Positions 6,388 through 9,377 of a stretch of 9,377 bases of DNA are shown here, in pieces (position 1 is the first letter of the stretch; every line of letters begins with the position of its first letter). This stretch comes from Octopus sinensis (Eukaryota). The DNA lies in assembly GCF_006345805.1 (NCBI RefSeq), contig NW_021827897.1, forward strand, positions 1 through 9,377, given 5' to 3'. A program made the translations under genes and the position numbers. The notes under the pieces are model-generated. The model searched no databases, was not told the origin of the DNA, and saw only the letters and a list, made by a program, of their open reading frames with translations.

Positions 6388-6768
6388 ACTCTTTTACCTT
6401 CCTACTTGTTTCAATCGTTACACTGCGGCCATGCTGGGGCACCGCCTTGAAGGATTTTAGTTGAACGAATCGAGTCCTCTCTATCGGGACGTAAACACAC
6501 CAATATGAAGCAGTGGTAATGGACAAATACAGGCACAAAGAAATATCTTTGACACACACACACACAACACACACATACACACGCACACACACACACATAC
6601 ACAGATACGACGGCCTTCCTTCAGTTTCCGCCAACCAAGTCCCCTGACAAGGCTTTGGTTGGCCTGGGGCTATAGTAGAAGACAAATGCGCAAGGTGCTA
6701 CTCAGTGGGACTGAACCCAGGACCATATAACCGTCAAGCAAACTTCTTACCACACAGCCACGCCTGCG
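6388..6768 (-). mobile_element. Full-length but diverged family A SINE with internal (CA)n
   Basis: ACTCTTTTAC..TACTTGTTTCA...CTGCGGCCATGCTGGGGCACCGCC...GGACGTAAACACACCAA...(CA)n...TACGACGGCCTTCCTTCAGTTTCCG...GGCTATAGTAGAAGAC...CTTACCACACAGCCACGCCTGCG is colinear with 329-717 but has an internal deletion. Confidence 0.88.
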
Positions 6769-6835
6769 ACTATGTTCACGTGTCGGACCAAGCCAGACGT
6801 AGGAACTTTTTCTTTAATTCTTTAATACGGTAACA

Positions 6836-6900
6836 GGAGGCGCAATGGCCTAGTTGGATTAACAAATCTTTCGGTTAATCACATGAGTTTCGCTTTGCTT
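6836..6900 (+). mobile_element. Possible SINE 5' head remnant (A box only)
   Basis: GGAGGCGCAATGGCCTAGTTGG (6836-6857) is a tRNA-like start with an A box. The downstream B box is degenerate. Confidence 0.3.
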
Positions 6901-7127
6901 CAGGAATTTCCTGGAATTATATTTTATCCCTTCAATAATTTTGATTATTTTGAATTTACTTCTTCGTTTTAATTTATCTTACATAATTTGTATCCCCTTC
7001 GCTCCTCCCTCCTCCTTCGACCTTTCTACTTCTACCCCTTATTCATTCTTGCTTAACGACTCACACTGCGTCAGGAGTTTAACCTTATATGATATTATAC
7101 ATACTGGATATCCTGTAAAGGCTTTGA

Positions 7128-7275
7128 TGTATATACATACATACACACATACAGATATATATATATACATACTTGTATATATACACACACACTTATTATA
7201 TATATATTATATATATATATATATATATATGTTTTATATGTACTTTTAAGCTACTGTAGCTGTATTGATTTACGA

Positions 7276-7308
<33 letters not shown>

Positions 7309-7525
7309 GTGTGCATGCATAACTAGATAGAATATAACAATACACACACATACACAATATATACACATACACATACCTTCATTTATACGGATATGCATGT
7401 TTGTATATGTTCGGGGTGTAGGTATGTGATAGGAGAATGTATATATATATATATATATGTACATACGTTTATGTGGGAGTGTGAATGTATAGCTGTATAT
7501 ATATATATATATATCTACGTATATT
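7128..7525. repeat. Low-complexity (TA)n/(CA)n/(TG)n microsatellite cluster
   Basis: Direct reading of the sequence. Confidence 0.9.
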
Positions 7526-7675
7526 TATATGTCATACAAATGAAGAGGAATGACCACCAAAGTGGATTCCTAATATGCTAAAGATAGACGTCAAATCGCC
7601 TTACCAGGAAGAGTGTGTTCTTAAGAAAAGTTTCAGCAAACGCCAGAATGTAAAAACGAGCAAGACAAATGAAAA

Positions 7676-7680
7676 TATAC

Positions 7681-7728
<48 letters not shown>

Positions 7729-8148
7729 CACTCACACACACACAAACACGCATATGTTCGCGCGCGCGTGTCTGTGTATCTGTGGAGGGACTATGTATAT
7801 GTAGACACAATTACATGTATGCGTACCCACATACTTACCTAGATATATACTTACATAATTATACACATTCTTCCATACACGTATGCATATATACATAATA
7901 CATCCATCCCTCCATCCATCCATACATACATCCATACATACATACATATTATACATACATACATATATACATACATACATACATCCATACATACATAATA
8001 CATGCATACATACATACATACATACATACATCCATAACATACATAACATCCATCCATCCATCCATCCATACATACATACATCTACTACAACACCACACAT
8101 ACATACATACATACATACATACATACATACATACATACATACATACAT
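7676..8148. repeat. Compound microsatellite: (TA)n and (CA)n, then long (CATA)n/(CATC)n (7870-8148)
   Basis: Direct reading; it explains the HTYI/MYVC ORFs in the track. Confidence 0.95.
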
Positions 8149-8171
8149 GACCCTGTTAACTACATCCCAAA

Positions 8172-8354
8172 GATCTTTGTTAGAAATCGACTCTCTTCTC
8201 GGTGGAAGATTTATGATAATTAAAAATAACAAGAGACATACATACATACATACATGTATGCATGCAGGAAGGAGCCTTGGATCTAGGTTAGAAACCGGCT
8301 CTTCCTCTATTGGCAAGAAATCTTTATATATAAAACTGAACAAAGACACACATA
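8172..8354 (+). repeat. Two diverged ~75-bp direct repeats (8172-8244 and 8280-8354), each ending in AxAAAGAC/AGAGAC plus CATA; possible retroelement 3' ends
   Basis: GATCTTTGTTAGAAATCGACTCTCTTCTCGGTGGAAGA...AACAAGAGACATACATA versus GATCTAGGTTAGAAACCGGCTCTTCCTCTATTGGCAAGA...AACAAAGACACACATA. Confidence 0.55.
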
Positions 8355-8636
8355 AAAACCCGGCCAGACGGACAGAACCAGGCCGTGAAGGCTGTTATAT
8401 TGTGCAATAACGTTAAGCTACGATGAATTATGTGTTTTTTACCGCTTTGAAAGGAAAACTGGTAATTTGTAACCATTGTGAAACGTTCTATGCTATTTCG
8501 TGACTAGCACGGATTGGCATGTCCCTATATTCCTCGTTGAACGTGTCACATACCTACACAAACTCGCACAGGCACACACAGGCACACTCATGATATGTAA
8601 TACATTCCTATATACACACATAGGTAGTGTATAATT

Positions 8637-8641
<5 letters not shown>

Positions 8642-8676
<35 letters not shown>

Positions 8677-8678
8677 CA
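8642..8678. repeat. (TA)n microsatellite
   Basis: Direct reading of the sequence. Confidence 0.95.
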
Positions 8679-8851
8679 CGAGCTTTGAAATACGGGTGTG
8701 TGTCGGAAAGAAGGAGAGAAAAGTGAGGCGTCAGACAATTAGGGATCGCTTTAAATAAATTGAGGGAAAAATCATAAAAATGGCGGAAAATTATTGTGTA
8801 TTGTCCTCTTGCTTTTGTCTCTTCTGACATCTCACCACCATTTCTTGCCGG

Positions 8852-8854
<3 letters not shown>

Positions 8855-8890
<36 letters not shown>

Positions 8891-8996
8891 TGTGTGTTTG
8901 TGTGTGTGTGTGTGTTTGTGTGTGTGTGTTTATGTGTGTGTGTGTGTGTGTTTATGTGTGTATTTGTGTGTGTGTTTGTGTTTGTATGTGTATTTG

Positions 8997-9029
<33 letters not shown>

Positions 9030-9121
9030 TTGTGTGTGTGTTTGTATGTGTATTTGTGTGTCTGTGTCTGTGTCTGTGTGTGTCTGTGTTTGTGTGTGTC
9101 TGTGTGTGTGGTGTGTGTGTG
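8855..9121. repeat. Long interrupted (TG)n microsatellite
   Basis: Direct reading; interrupted by TTTG, TATG and TCTG variants. Confidence 0.95.
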
Positions 9122-9240
9122 TAGTTGGCAGTATGTGGGTATATATCTGTGTATGTTTGTGTGTCTGGATGAGAACGAATATGTGTAGATACATAGATTC
9201 AGGTATATACAGATATGCAATCACCCACACGCACTCTCAG

Positions 9241-9377
9241 ACATACACACATACATACATACATACATACATACATACATACATACATACATACATACGC
9301 ACACATACACAAGCACACGAATGTATACATTCACTCTTACACGCACACTCACACACGCGCACGCATATACGCGTATA
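9241..9377. repeat. (CATA)n/(CA)n microsatellite running to the window end
   Basis: Direct reading of the sequence. Confidence 0.9.

Noticed and set aside
6028-6685. ORFs 6041-6460 and overlapping frames
   Set aside because: They span decayed SINE remnants and the family A copy, with no recognisable protein.
7270-9230. Long ORFs up to 205 aa (MYVCMYV, HTHK, CVCV)
   Set aside because: These are microsatellite translations with no domain content. The Cys/His richness is not a metal-binding protein.

Overview
This is AT-rich, repeat-dominated animal genomic DNA (intergenic or intronic) with no supportable protein-coding gene. Nearly all supplied ORFs are translations of microsatellites or chance frames across SINEs. 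The SINE families and the very dense (CA/TA/CATA/AAT)n microsatellites look like those I recognise from Octopus (coleoid cephalopod) genomes; this is recognition, not a database result. The window holds about 14 copies or fragments of three tRNA-derived SINE families, labelled A, B and C here as working names only. It also holds a decayed 3' end of a CR1/L2-group LINE that is missing from the ORF track (4662-5131), a possible second RT remnant, and many microsatellites. The most unusual structure is in the retrotransposition footprints: a 57-bp direct repeat flanking one SINE, a SINE-in-SINE chimera with a 49-bp internal duplication, repeated insertion at one short target, swapping of 3' modules between subfamilies, and a close inverted SINE pair that could form dsRNA. 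I see no evidence of a new multi-gene system. All alignments and counts were made by eye.
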